Source: Alloascoidea hylecoeti
Lineage: Eukaryota
Direction: 5' to 3'
DNA length: 64,000 bases
Assembly: GCA_001600815.1 (NCBI GenBank)
Contig: BCKZ01000014.1
Span: forward strand, 558,001 to 622,000
Part shown: positions 11,606 to 23,136 of the stretch, piece by piece
Layout: the number at the start of each line of letters is the position of its first letter
Position numbering within the stretch: position 1 is the first letter of the stretch
Notes under the pieces: generated by a model
Database searches by the model: none
What the model was told of the DNA's origin: nothing
What the model saw: only the letters and a program-made list of their open reading frames with translations
Position numbers and translations under genes: made by a program

Positions 11606-14019
11606 TTAATCTATATTCATCTCCATTAACATATCTACATCATCCTCATAGTCATTCATTTCATTATCGTGGGTTGTAGACGTTTTCATTCTGATTTTAT
11701 TCTGCTCTATTTGAAATTGCTCTAACTGTTTTAAATTCCAAACACTAACTCCCTCTTGATCTTTTGGATCCGTGGGTTGCGCCATAGTTCTCAAGAACTT
11801 TTTAGCTGATGATATAGCCATATCTGTTGACATATTGACATCAGCATCATTAACGGCCTGATTTATCCATTTGGGCAACTGATTTCTTTTTCTCATAAAA
11901 CGACGATCGGCCAACACCATAATTCCATAATCATCTTTACCTCGAAGGACACGCCCCAAGCATTGAGCAGCATGTCGCATGGCATCAAATGAAAGAAATT
12001 CATTTTCTTTGATATTATATTGTTCTCTCAAAAACTCTAAACGAGCCTTTAGTATTCTAGATTCGGTATATTGAAAGGGGACGCCAATCATTAAAACCGT
12101 TCTACCATATTGATGGTCAAAATCAATTCCTTCTGACACTTTCCCACGAGCAACACATAATAAAACGGCACCTCTGCCATTACAACAAGCTGTTCTATAG
12201 GTTTCAAGAGCTAGACTTGTTTCTTGACTATCCGGGGTTTCAACCAATAGCAATTTATATTTCCAGACTTCATCAAGAATTCTCATACTCTGCCACATAC
12301 TTATTATACTTTCCATGTAGAGATATGAAGGAAAGAAAACCACCATTCCATCAGGAGTGATTTTAGAAAACTCTACCAAAAGGTTTCCATAGTTTCTAAC
12401 AACACTTGGATCATTTCGAATCTCGAAACGAGAACTGATAGCAACTTGGTCAGAACCTTTAGTAACCACCATTGGTAAAAATGATCGTCTTGCAAGTGTC
12501 ATTGCGTAAGACTCTTGCATCACTGTTTGAAAATCTAGCATCTTAGGGTACATCTCAAGCGGAGACATTGTTCCACTGGTAAGAATGACAGAACTGAATC
12601 GGTCAAATACAGGTTTTATTGCAATGGATGCATCAAGACAGGTGAAATGAAGAATTGGATTTGGGACAGTAGCTTGCTCTGTTTCAAATGGCTCAAAGAT
12701 AAGTTTGAAGCCATCATCATATGTAGCTACCAAAGTAGCAAAAATTGCAATTTCTTTTAGCGCCGTGTAATCTTCTATTTGCTCCAGCTCTAATGTTCTT
12801 ACGAGCATTGATAATCTCTCAGAACAAAATTTTAACGGCTTTCTTTCGATAAATGTAAGCTCCTTCAAATGCCGAAGGAAAGAAGCTGGCGTTTCTGCAG
12901 TTACATTAAGAATTTTCATCTTTTTCTTAAGATATTCGATTAATCGCCTAAGGAATACAATGAAATGTTCGGCTCTTCTAATACTTCCAGGAATTGCTTC
13001 ATCCATTAAATCTTTAGGTAAAACAGGATTTGATAGAAATATATCTTCATTTCTTGCTATTTGAGCTTCACGTAATCCCTCGACTAGTTTCTGATATTCG
13101 TTTCGTAATTTTTGGGCATCTGTTTTCTTAACATGTTGAACTTTTTCCTCTAAGTTTTGGGCACCTCTTGCAGCTCGCCTCAGTGAGTCTTCCGTTATAT
13201 CAACACTTAGAGACTCAATACAGACATTGTCAATATTATGTGCTTCATCAAAAATAACTATTGAGTCCTTTGAAAGTTCCTTAGAAACACGCTCGGCGAT
13301 TTTAGGATCCAGAAGGTAATGATATGAGTATATAATAATATTACAATATTGAAGCATTCGTCGGACAGTGAAATAAGGGCATTGTTTTTCCTCCTCGCAG
13401 TATTCTGTAAGGGTCTTAAATGTGTAAATTCCAGGAGGTATTAAGTCCTTTTGATCCTTTAGATACAAGTTTTCGTGATAAACGCACAGTTCAGCACTCT
13501 CATCTCCAGCTTCCTTGCGAGCCTTTGCCGCTCCTGATGTCATTCGTCTACACTTCTCGTCAACAACGACTCCTTTTCGTTCTTGCCTTACTGATGGATG
13601 TAGACATAAATTCTTTCTACTTGTCAATCCCAATCCTCTAAAATCTTCAACATGACCTAACTCTTTTGCTCTATAATCCATCAACCCTTTTAGTTCTGCC
13701 AAAGCTTTTTCTATTTCTGACATTGTTCGAGAGCAATAAATGATCTTTCTGTGTTCAGGATAGTATTGTTGATAAGCGACTGTCAAAGACAGTAGAGAAA
13801 CCGTCTTACCAGTACCTGATGGCATCTCTAGGACACAGTTACCCCCTACATCAAGAGCTTTCTTAATATCGCACATATACTGATATTGTTCAGGATATAT
13901 TCTTGGATATGGAAAAAGAATAGGTAGGTCATCGATGAAAAATCTAATAATAGGTGTGGAAGTTAGTCACGATTAATCAATATCACAGAGCATCCCATAA
14001 CAGTGAAAGCATACCTCAT
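11606..14019 (-). CDS. RAD3: TFIIH/NER 5'-3' DNA helicase XPD; one intron 13944-14014
   Basis: EMPSGTGKT, Fe-S cysteines, DEAH and RGKVSEGIDF motifs. Splicing ATGAG|GTATG...GACTAAC...TAG restores the conserved N-terminus MRFFIDDLPILFPYPRIYPEQYQYMCD. Confidence 0.97.
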
Positions 14020-14137
14020 TGTGAGTAGAAAAGACCTATGGTATGTGATTTAAATACGTATATCAACAACTATTTCATGAGGGGAGGTGTGTTGAAATAT
14101 TCAAAAAAAAGTAGAGATTATTCAGATCTTCTTCAAT

Positions 14138-14163
14138 TTACCCGGTTTCGAACACGAACGCGT
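14138..14163. promoter_or_regulatory. Reb1-type site (TTACCCGG 14138-14145) and MCB (ACGCGT 14158-14163) in the RAD3/MSH6 divergent promoter
   Basis: Exact motif matches within a 236-bp intergenic region. Confidence 0.65.
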
Positions 14164-14255
14164 GAATTAATATTTAAATCTTTTTTTCTTTTCCATTCTT
14201 AAACAAGATTTTCGTTTGAACTTTTTGTGTTCAAAATATATCAATTATATTTATT

Positions 14256-17200
14256 ATGATCTCGAGTACTCCAAAACCTAAGTCCAAGAGATCTAAGCCA
14301 AAGGGCACTCCATCCTCTAGCTTCAAACAACAATCTCTCCTTAATTTCTTTTCCAAAACACCTCAAAAGTCACCAATTGGAAATATATCCTCAAATAAGA
14401 TTCAAACAGGTAAAAAGGATGAGAAAAGGGATCCACCGTCAATTAAGCCTTCTCTCAAAAGGGTTACCGCTAGTAAATCTAACACACTACCCACTATTGT
14501 TCAACGCGTTACTCAGGCCGATGACATGGATACATCATTAGATATAGGTATGCTTAGTTCAGCTCTATTGAAATAAATTAATATACTGACACATTTATAG
14601 ATTCATCTGAAATTTTCTCTCCTGACCGTCCTAAGGACAGTCTTTCTGGCATTGTATCAAGCCCTACTAGAAGAGTATGTATAATTTGACAAGAATACAA
14701 AATAAAATAAAAATTTCTAAGAAATATAAAAGGGACAACGGAAAAAGATATCATATAGTGAGTTGAGTGATGATGAAGAAGAAAATGGCACTAAATCTCA
14801 AGGTATGTTCTTTATTAGGAATTCCCTTGCATAAATCTAATTTTCTACTTTAAATTTATAGTCAAATCTAAAAAAAGGAGAGTAATAGTGGATTCAGACT
14901 CTGAAGATGAATTTACTCTAGAATTGAATGACGCCGATGATTATGACGATGGTAAGAATTAAAAAATTGTTCTATATGATTTTATTCCAGTTATTAACCC
15001 TATTTTAGTATTATCTGATTTTGTGGTTGATGATGACTTTGAGGAAAATAATGGCAATATGGATATCGATCCTGAAGAGGAGAAAGAAGAAATAGTTGAT
15101 ACTAAACCAAATAAAAAGCCTAATAAACCAAAAAATCAAGCAGAAAATCAATCTTTTAACTCTGATAATAAATTATGTGATAAGTTTTCATTAAGCTCAG
15201 CATATATTCCCTCTTCCTCAAGATCCCAGAAAACAAATAAACCTCCAAATAAACCAGTTAAATCTTTCGAGAAAGAGAATGAAAAGAGGTATAAATGGCT
15301 TGTTAATGTTAAGGATGCTGATGAAATACCGGAAGGAGAACCAGGCTATGATCCTAGGACATTATATATTCCACCCTCAGCATGGGGTAAGTTTACAGCC
15401 TTTGAAAAACAGTATTGGGATGTGAAGTCAAAAATGTGGGACAGCGTAGTATTCTTTAAAAAGGGTAAATTCTACGAATTGTATGAACGAGATGCTGACA
15501 TTGCACATAATGAATTTGACTTGAAGTTAGCAGGTGGAGGTCGTGCTAATATGAGATTGGCTGGAATACCTGAAATGAGTTTTGACTACTGGGCGGCATC
15601 ATTTATCGGAAAGGGATATAAAGTTGCAAAGGTAGATCAAAAAGAAACGGCTCTCGCCAAAGAAATGAGAGAAAACAGCAATGGTAAAAAGGAAGATAAG
15701 GTCATCAGAAGAGAACTTAGCTGCGTTCTAACCGCTGGAACATTGACAGATGAATCGATGCTACAAAGTGATTTATCAACATATTGTATTTCAATAAAAG
15801 AAAGTATATCCGAGAATAAAGCTCCGATAATTGCTGCTTGTTTTGTCGATACTGCAACTGGTGCTTTCAGTATATCAGAATTTGAAGATAATCCAGAATA
15901 TACTTACTTTGAGACTCTTATTGCACAATTAAGGCCCCGAGAAGTTCTCCTAGAAAAAAATGAAATTTCATCAAGGGCCGTTAAAATTATTAAAAATAAT
16001 ACTTCTGTAATGACTCTCTGGAATTATTTGAAGCCCGGTACCGAATTTTGGGATCATGAAGTTGCATTCGAACAATTGGTGCGCTCTAAATACTTCCCTG
16101 CTGCAGATTTAGACGATTTATCACAATGGCCAGCTGTGTTGAAAGAAATTACCACCAAACCTTTAGCAATGTCAGCATTCGGTGGGTTACTCTGGTATTT
16201 AAAATCACTAAAGATTGATGAGAATTTAATTTCTTTAGGTAATTTTTCATATCATGATACAATTCATAAAACAACTTCTTTGGTATTAGATGGTCAAACG
16301 TTACAAAATCTGGATATTTTTGTGAATTCATTTGATGGTGGTGACCAAGGAACTCTTTTCCGTTTATTAAATAGATGTATCACCCCTTTTGGAAAACGAC
16401 AATTGAAAAACTGGGTATGTCATCCTTTAATGAACATCGAGCATATAAATCAGCGACTAGATGCTGTCGACAAACTGAACTCTGATGGAATTCTAACTGA
16501 TTTGTTCGAAAATGGCCTTAACAAATTGCCAGACTTAGAAAGAATGTTATCAAGGATACATTCTGGCTTATTGAAAGTCAAAGATTTTATTCTAGTTATC
16601 CAGGGGTTTGAAAAAGTTTATGGAATGATCACCGATGTTAAAAATGAGTATCCTGACTTAGATGGTTTACTAGCTGAGGTTATAAGCGAGATTCCATTAA
16701 CTGAAATTGATATTTCAGAATGGTCAGAAGCCTTTGATAGGCAAAAGGCACTTGAAGACAATGAAATTGTTCCACAGGAAGGTTTTGATTTAGATTATGA
16801 TCAATCATGTATAAAGATGAAAGAAATTGAGTCTGAACTACTTAAGTTACTACGTCAATATCGACGTGAATTCAAGTCACAACAAATTGAATATAAAGAT
16901 AGTGGAAAGGAAATATATTTGATTGAGGTTCCGGTTAAGCTTAAAGGCATCCCTTCGAACTGGAAACAAATGGGTGCCACCGCTAAAGTGAAAAGATATT
17001 GGTCACCTGAAGTAAGTACGCTCGTGAGACAAATATTAGAAGCAAGAGAGATACACAAAACTATCTATGAAAACTTGAAAACAAGAGTATACCAAAGATT
17101 TGATAAATCATATGATACCTGGCTCAAAACTACAAAATGCATCAGTACAATTGACTGTTTACTTAGTTTAGCGAGAACCGCTTCTTCATTAGGAAGTCCT

Positions 17201-18094
17201 TCTTGTAGGCCAAAGCTCCTTCCAGAAAATCATAAAAGTCAAATCTCTTTCAAGGAACTTCGACATCCATGCTTTAATGGTGGACTCAAAGAATTTATTT
17301 CCAACGATGTTACTTTAGGTGGTAAAGATTCTGCAATTACCTTATTGACAGGTGCAAATGCTGCCGGTAAATCAACGGTTCTAAGAATGACTTGTGTTGC
17401 TGTTATAATGGCACATATTGGTTGTTATATTCCTGCAGAAGAAGCTACTCTCACTTTAGTAGATCGTATTATGACCCGTTTAGGAGCCAATGATAATATT
17501 TTTGCTGGAAAAAGTACATTTCTGGTTGAATTATCTGAAACAAAACGAATGTTAGCTGATGCAACTCCAAAATCTTTGCTAGTGATTGATGAACTAGGTC
17601 GTGGTGGTAGCAGTTCTGATGGGTTTGCCATTGCGGAGTCGGTTCTTCACCATGTTGCTACACAGGTACAAAGCTTAGCATTCTTTGCTACACATTATGG
17701 TACATTATGGTCAAGTTTCACATCACATCCTCAAGTAAGGCCGATGCGTATGGCAATTTTAGTTGACGAAGAGAAACGAAACGTTACATTTTTATATAAA
17801 TTAGAACCAGGTGTTTCCCCAGGATCTTTTGGTATGCATGTTGCATCTATGTGTGGTATAAGCAAAACTATTGTCGACAATGCTGAAGAGGCAGCAAAGA
17901 ATTATGAGCACACGGCTAGGATGAGAAAACTATGGGAGTTAACAAGAGAACAAAAGGCCCTTATTCCATTAGGTCTTCAATCTGATATATCTTGGTTACT
18001 CAAAGATGGAAATGCTACTGAATATTTCGAACCAACTGAAATAATGAAAAAAGAAGCTCTAAGGAGCATGCTAGTTATGGTGGGATTGTTGTGA
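14256..18094 (+). CDS. MSH6: MutS-alpha mismatch repair protein; four 5' introns (14548-14600, 14675-14732, 14803-14861, 14952-15008)
   Basis: Exon 1 carries the PIP box KQQSLLNFF. GT..AG splicing joins all exons in frame (SSPTRR|GQRKKISYSELSDDEE...KKRRVIVDSDSED). The main exon has FFKKGKFYELYE, GANAAGKST, DELGRG and FATHY. Confidence 0.95.
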
Positions 18095-19119
18095 TATGTT
18101 TCTAGAATAATTTTAAGAATATTCTAAGGTTGCTTAAGTTATAGTATAATTTTAAATTGTTATCTATCTGTTTATAATTAACTAAATAACTAAACGAATT
18201 CGAAGTTGGGTTTAATTATATTTTAAGTTAATTCTTTAATAGCTTTTATATATTCAAGAACATTCGTCAATCCCAGAAATATTTCTCTCCGTACTCGTCA
18301 GGATCTATCCATTTTGCGAGGGTTTGAATATCTAAGGAAGTTCTCAATATACTGGAATCGAGCAGTATAAGGACCGTTACGTAAAGGTAATTTGATATAC
18401 CACTTTCGTACGCCTATTGCATATACACTGTAAATACCGGCCTATATTAACAGCTTTTATTCTGTCTCGGTACCATTATAAGACCTACAGTTCCAGTTGA
18501 CTCATAAAATCAAAAAATTTAAGGGTTTGGCATGACAGTATTTGAACCATTTCTTCATCTGCCTTATCGATTATTTTCTTTTTCTTTTTCTCTACATCAA
18601 TCGTTATCACCAAATTGACAGGTTCGCGATAGATTGGGTTCTGAAGCAGTCAACAGAGGTAATACGAGACCAAAATGACATTAAGATAGGGTGAAGGCAA
18701 TACTTCTCATTGTTCTCTTTACGAGCATTGGTACAATTAAATACGAGTATAACTGTTAAAATGTGGTGTTCTAGCATAAACATAAGCGTTAAATGCACAA
18801 AATATGAATAATCACACATTTCTTAATAAGGATATTTCATATTATATGCAGTCACGCAGTATAATATATTATTAATAGAACCAAACGATAAAAATCCCTA
18901 GTATAATTTAATAAAATTTCTAATAATAGTCAGAAGCATTCTGCTTGAGATACAGTTGTGACTTTGATTATAAGCTTAATCGTTCTTATTGTTCACAATA
19001 GGTTTATTCACGTAGGTGTGTGTTGTGATCCTTAACGTAAGCTGATATCATTAATATTAATGTGTTAGAATTACCACAAATAATCATTCAAATGAGCTAG
19101 TTAAAAGAGGAGGAGTAGA

Positions 19120-19426
19120 ACGCGTTAGACTTGTATTTTCATTTTCCGGTGATTTTTAACACGAAATGGACGCGTAATTAGAAACTTAATTTTAGTGAGG
19201 CCCGGAGTTTCACTATTGCCGCTGATTGGTGGGGTTCGCCAAAATGTTACCCGGCCAAATGGGAAAGATTTTGTTTTGTTTCTGACGCGTCTGGATCATA
19301 TCTTGTCACGTTCAAATTATATATAAACTCTTCTTTCCCTTCTTTCTTTCTCTTCATCATCCCTTTTCTCAAAATCTTTTTGAACTAAAATTAAATTCTA
19401 TTGACTCTCAATTATATTAGACGCGT
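19120..19426 (+). promoter_or_regulatory. G1/S-type promoter of RNR2: four MCB boxes, one SCB-like site, one Reb1-type site
   Basis: ACGCGT at 19120, 19170, 19285 and 19421; CACGAAA at 19160; TTACCCGG at 19247; TATA-like TATATAAA near 19320. Confidence 0.75.
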
Positions 19427-19451
19427 CTTTCTACCATCTTATATTACTATA

Positions 19452-20666
19452 ATGGCTCCTGTTAATGATACACCATCCAAAATTACTGCTGTTGCACTTG
19501 AAGGTCTTAATTTCGAAGGCACTAAAAGAGATCTCACCGAGCAATTGAGAGCTGTTGCTGCTCAGAAGGATAAGCTTTCTTCTACTGAGAAGGAAGTCAG
19601 TACTATTGATGTTGATGAATCCGAACATCAATTGTTTTTGGCTAAGCATAAGGTTCACAGACATGCTATTAAATCACAAGAGGCCAATGAACCCATTTTA
19701 ATGGAAAATAAAAGAAGATTTGTCCTCTTCCCAATTAAGTTCCACGAGATCTGGCAAATGTATAAAAAGGCTGAAGCATCTTTCTGGACTGCTGAAGAAA
19801 TTGATTTAAGTAAAGATATTGGTGATTGGGAAAATAAGCTTAATAAAGATGAGCGTTTTTTTATTTCACGCGTCTTAGCCTTTTTCGCTGCTTCAGATGG
19901 TATTGTTAACGAAAATTTAGTTGAAAACTTTTCGGCTGAGGTTCAAACACCAGAAGCTAAGTGCTTTTATGGTTTCCAAATCATGATGGAAAATATACAC
20001 TCTGAGACATATTCACTATTAATTGACACATATATTAAAGATTCTAAAGAGCGTGAATTTTTATTCAATGCTATTGAAAATGTTCCTTGTATTAAGAAGA
20101 AGGCAGATTGGGCTTTAAGATGGATTAGTGATAAGGAAGCATTATTTGCTGAACGTCTTGTTGCTTTCGCTGCTGTTGAAGGTATTTTTTTCTCTGGTTC
20201 TTTCGCATCTATTTTCTGGTTAAAAAAGAGAGGTTTAATGCCAGGCCTTACTTTTTCTAATGAATTGATCTGTCGTGATGAAGGTCTTCACACTGATTTT
20301 GCTTGCTTATTATTTTCCCATTTGGAAAATAGACCCGATCCAATTATTGTTGAAAAGATAATTACAGAGGCTGTAACTATTGAGAAGGAATACTTTACAG
20401 ATGCTCTTCCAGCCTCATTACTTGGTATGAATTGCAATTTGATGTGTCAATATGTTGAATATGTTGCCGATCGTCTTTTAGTTGCTCTAGGTAACAAGAA
20501 GATTTACAATGTTACTAATCCATTTGACTTCATGGAGAATATTTCATTAGCTGGTAAGACAAACTTTTTCGAGAAGAGAGTTTCTGATTATCAAAAAGCC
20601 GGTGTTATGGCAGGTGTTAATAAGGCAGATAATGAAGATTCTTTTGCATTTGATGACGATTTCTAA
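19452..20666 (+). CDS. RNR2: Ribonucleotide reductase small subunit
   Basis: [50 protein letters not shown] and a C-terminal FDDDF. First ATG is at 19452; the track start at 19401 is a TTG. Confidence 0.96.
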   Translation: MAPVNDTPSKITAVALEGLNFEGTKRDLTEQLRAVAAQKDKLSSTEKEVSTIDVDESEHQLFLAKHKVHRHAIKSQEANEPILMENKRRFVLFPIKFHEIWQMYKKAEASFWTAEEIDLSKDIGDWENKLNKDERFFISRVLAFFAASDGIVNENLVENFSAEVQTPEAKCFYGFQIMMENIHSETYSLLIDTYIKDSKEREFLFNAIENVPCIKKKADWALRWISDKEALFAERLVAFAAVEGIFFSGSFASIFWLKKRGLMPGLTFSNELICRDEGLHTDFACLLFSHLENRPDPIIVEKIITEAVTIEKEYFTDALPASLLGMNCNLMCQYVEYVADRLLVALGNKKIYNVTNPFDFMENISLAGKTNFFEKRVSDYQKAGVMAGVNKADNEDSFAFDDDF

Positions 20667-20908
20667 AGTGATTTCAACTTTGGATTCTTATACATAAATA
20701 AGAAATTCATAACTTAATCTTGGTTTCTTGGTTGGTGCCTTTCGCATTTTTATACATTATTTGCTTTATTATTGTCTTTGTATATTATTTTTAAATTTAA
20801 AAACCCAAGTATAATTATAAATGAACGTATATATTAATATAAACTATTCTCTATATAGCAATAATATAATATAAGATCCTATATAATACGTTGAGTCAAT
20901 TATTGCTA

Positions 20909-22411
20909 CTAAGACACAACCTCCACCAGTATAACAGAATTCTTCAGTCCCGCATCCTCAACTGATCGATCTAACATATCAATCAACTTCTTCCTCTCAC
21001 TAGTTAGCACAAAGTATTGATCTTTAACCTGTGGAACCAGTTGTTTAATTGTTTCATAAATTGATCTAACAGTGTCTGTTAGTGATACTCGCCTTACAAT
21101 ACGCGATCCATCACCCATTCGTATCTGAACCCGTGTTGTAGTTTTCGGATCGTTCTTGGGCTCTGCGTGATCAACAGGCAGAATAGAGAGAAACAAATCC
21201 TTTTCAGGTTCTTCTTCCTCCATATCTTCGTCTTCAGAAGCAGAAAGATTGATGGGTTGCGAAGCTGAAGCTCCCTTCGAATCTGACAGTATAGGTCTAT
21301 TGGATGGACCAGCTCTTGATTCTGTAATATTAATTTCTTCATCGCTATCTTCTTCAACCGGATTCAGTGATTTGGCAACTGCATGTTGTAACTGTTCTTC
21401 TTCAGTCATAGCATCGACATTAACTCTTGATTTATAAGTAACAACTGGATTATAGGAGCCCTTTTCTAAACTGAAACGTGAAAGAAATTCGAATACATCT
21501 TCCATAAACTCATTGACCTCTGGAACCTTATTCCAAATTTTAAGTCTCTCTCCCGTCAATGGATCAATGATTGAAATATGAGGGAATTTCGTAACAGGAT
21601 AGAAGTTTTCATAACTACTTGTATCAGCATCTTGATTTCCTTTTTGAAATTGTAAGAAAATAAAATTCTCTTTAACAATCACTTTAATCTGAGGATCAGA
21701 CCAAAAATCACGATTTAAAATCTGACAGTTAAAATCAGTAGTATCTTGTAAATTTACCATCACCCATTTCTTTTGTTGCTTAGCGATGTTTCGTGCTCGT
21801 GGGACACTCACTGATGTTATAAGATCATAAGGAGGTCTAAAAATCCTAGCAAGACGGGCTTGCGTGGCAGTCATTCCAGCATATTCATCCTCTTCATCAC
21901 CAAGATCATCATTATCACCTTCAGAAGACACATCGATATCAGTATCTTCTTCATCAACATTATCGTCATTGTCATCGTCATCGTAAATAGCCACCCTATG
22001 GTTCCGGGAAGATATTGGATTTCCGATTTGATTGAAAGCCCCTCTGGCTCTATTTAAGGGATTTTGGTCGAAGATCGAATTCATTGGTGGCAATGGAGCC
22101 TGTCTAGTTGGATACGAATATGAAGAACCATAATCCCCTAACAACGTTTCCCTTGTGGATTGTATAGGAGCTCTAACTTCATTCTCATTATATGCCTCGT
22201 TCTGAAGCTGTGCTGCCAGAGCAGCATCTTCATCCTCACCGATGTTAGAATTTTCATTATTGGTAGTCGAGGTCAAGGGCCTCCCATCATTTTCAAAGAA
22301 AAGTGTAATTGCAGCATCAATATCATTATTTGATACGGTAAGATATTGTTCAGCAGTGTTTCTATCTGTTGTGCTTGTGAAAGCAAGGAAATTATCTATA
22401 TTTTCGCTCAT
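20909..22411 (-). CDS. UBX5: UBX-domain Cdc48 cofactor (UBA-like, UAS, UIM, UBX)
   Basis: N-terminal UBA-like region (AEQYLTVSNNDIDAAITLFF), LARIFRPP, CQILNRDFW, MTEEEQLQHAVAKS, and UBX segment TTRVQIRMGDGSRIVRR. Confidence 0.88.
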   Translation of the reverse strand: MSENIDNFLAFTSTTDRNTAEQYLTVSNNDIDAAITLFFENDGRPLTSTTNNENSNIGEDEDAALAAQLQNEAYNENEVRAPIQSTRETLLGDYGSSYSYPTRQAPLPPMNSIFDQNPLNRARGAFNQIGNPISSRNHRVAIYDDDDNDDNVDEEDTDIDVSSEGDNDDLGDEEDEYAGMTATQARLARIFRPPYDLITSVSVPRARNIAKQQKKWVMVNLQDTTDFNCQILNRDFWSDPQIKVIVKENFIFLQFQKGNQDADTSSYENFYPVTKFPHISIIDPLTGERLKIWNKVPEVNEFMEDVFEFLSRFSLEKGSYNPVVTYKSRVNVDAMTEEEQLQHAVAKSLNPVEEDSDEEINITESRAGPSNRPILSDSKGASASQPINLSASEDEDMEEEEPEKDLFLSILPVDHAEPKNDPKTTTRVQIRMGDGSRIVRRVSLTDTVRSIYETIKQLVPQVKDQYFVLTSERKKLIDMLDRSVEDAGLKNSVILVEVVS

Positions 22412-22611
22412 GATGTGCAATGGCTGGTTAATTGAAATATTTGGGAAGAGGCAAATTTGCAGACTGCGACAGTTGGTGTTTTAGGAAGGTGTTTAAATTT
22501 GTCGATTGCAAGTAAATTTGATCATACTAGAACTACAACATTTTTATATATTTAAAGCAAGCAAGTAAGCCGTAACCCTTCTAATTCCAATGAAGTATAA
22601 AATAAATAAAA

Positions 22612-23032
22612 TTATTCCGAGATATCAAGACACATTTCCTCCATAACATCCTGGATTCTTATTTTACGCTGATCAGCAATCATATTGATCAACCCCATCG
22701 CAACATCACGTATCTCGTTATATTCATGAAGCAGTCTAACATGTTTCTTCACGACTTCAGCAGCATTCACATCTCTAATATCATGTGTTAGTGGCTTGAA
22801 AAATGCATGTACACTCGATTCATCGAAAGAAACTCAAGCCTACCCTAACTCTTGTTCCAAAGCATTGCAGCTGTTTTGCAGCTCTTCTAATCTCGACTGT
22901 TTTTGTTTGATTCTGGCTTCAATCAGTTCCTAAGACCGTTATTTAGCTTCTATCCCATAGTATCAGTGACGAAAAGAAAAAAAGACTTACTGGAGCTTGG
23001 CGGAGAGATCTGGGGGTTCTGTTGCGATACAT
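22612..23032 (-). CDS. SAE3: Swi5/Sae3-family recombination mediator, 96 aa, three exons (23032-22991, 22929-22844, 22774-22612)
   Basis: Manual splicing gives MYRNRTPRSLRQAP|ELIEARIKQKQSRLEELQNSCNALEQELG|DVNAAEVVKKHVRLLHEYNEIRDVAMGLINMIADQRKIRIQDVMEEMCLDISE*. HxxLLHEYNEIRD is the Swi5/Sae3 signature. Confidence 0.9.
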
Positions 23033-23136
23033 TGTAAGTGGGTACGTGTGATGAAATCAGAATTCAAATAACATTTCTATTTATATCGATGCATGTATAT
23101 CACTATATACCTAAAAATTTATATAAATTTAAAAAC

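Noticed and set aside
18250..18830. Short minus-strand ORF fragments between MSH6 and RNR2
   Set aside because: I could not assemble a spliced gene or recognise a family.
19401..19451. N-terminal extension of RNR2 in the ORF track
   Set aside because: It starts at TTG; the ATG at 19452 is in good context.
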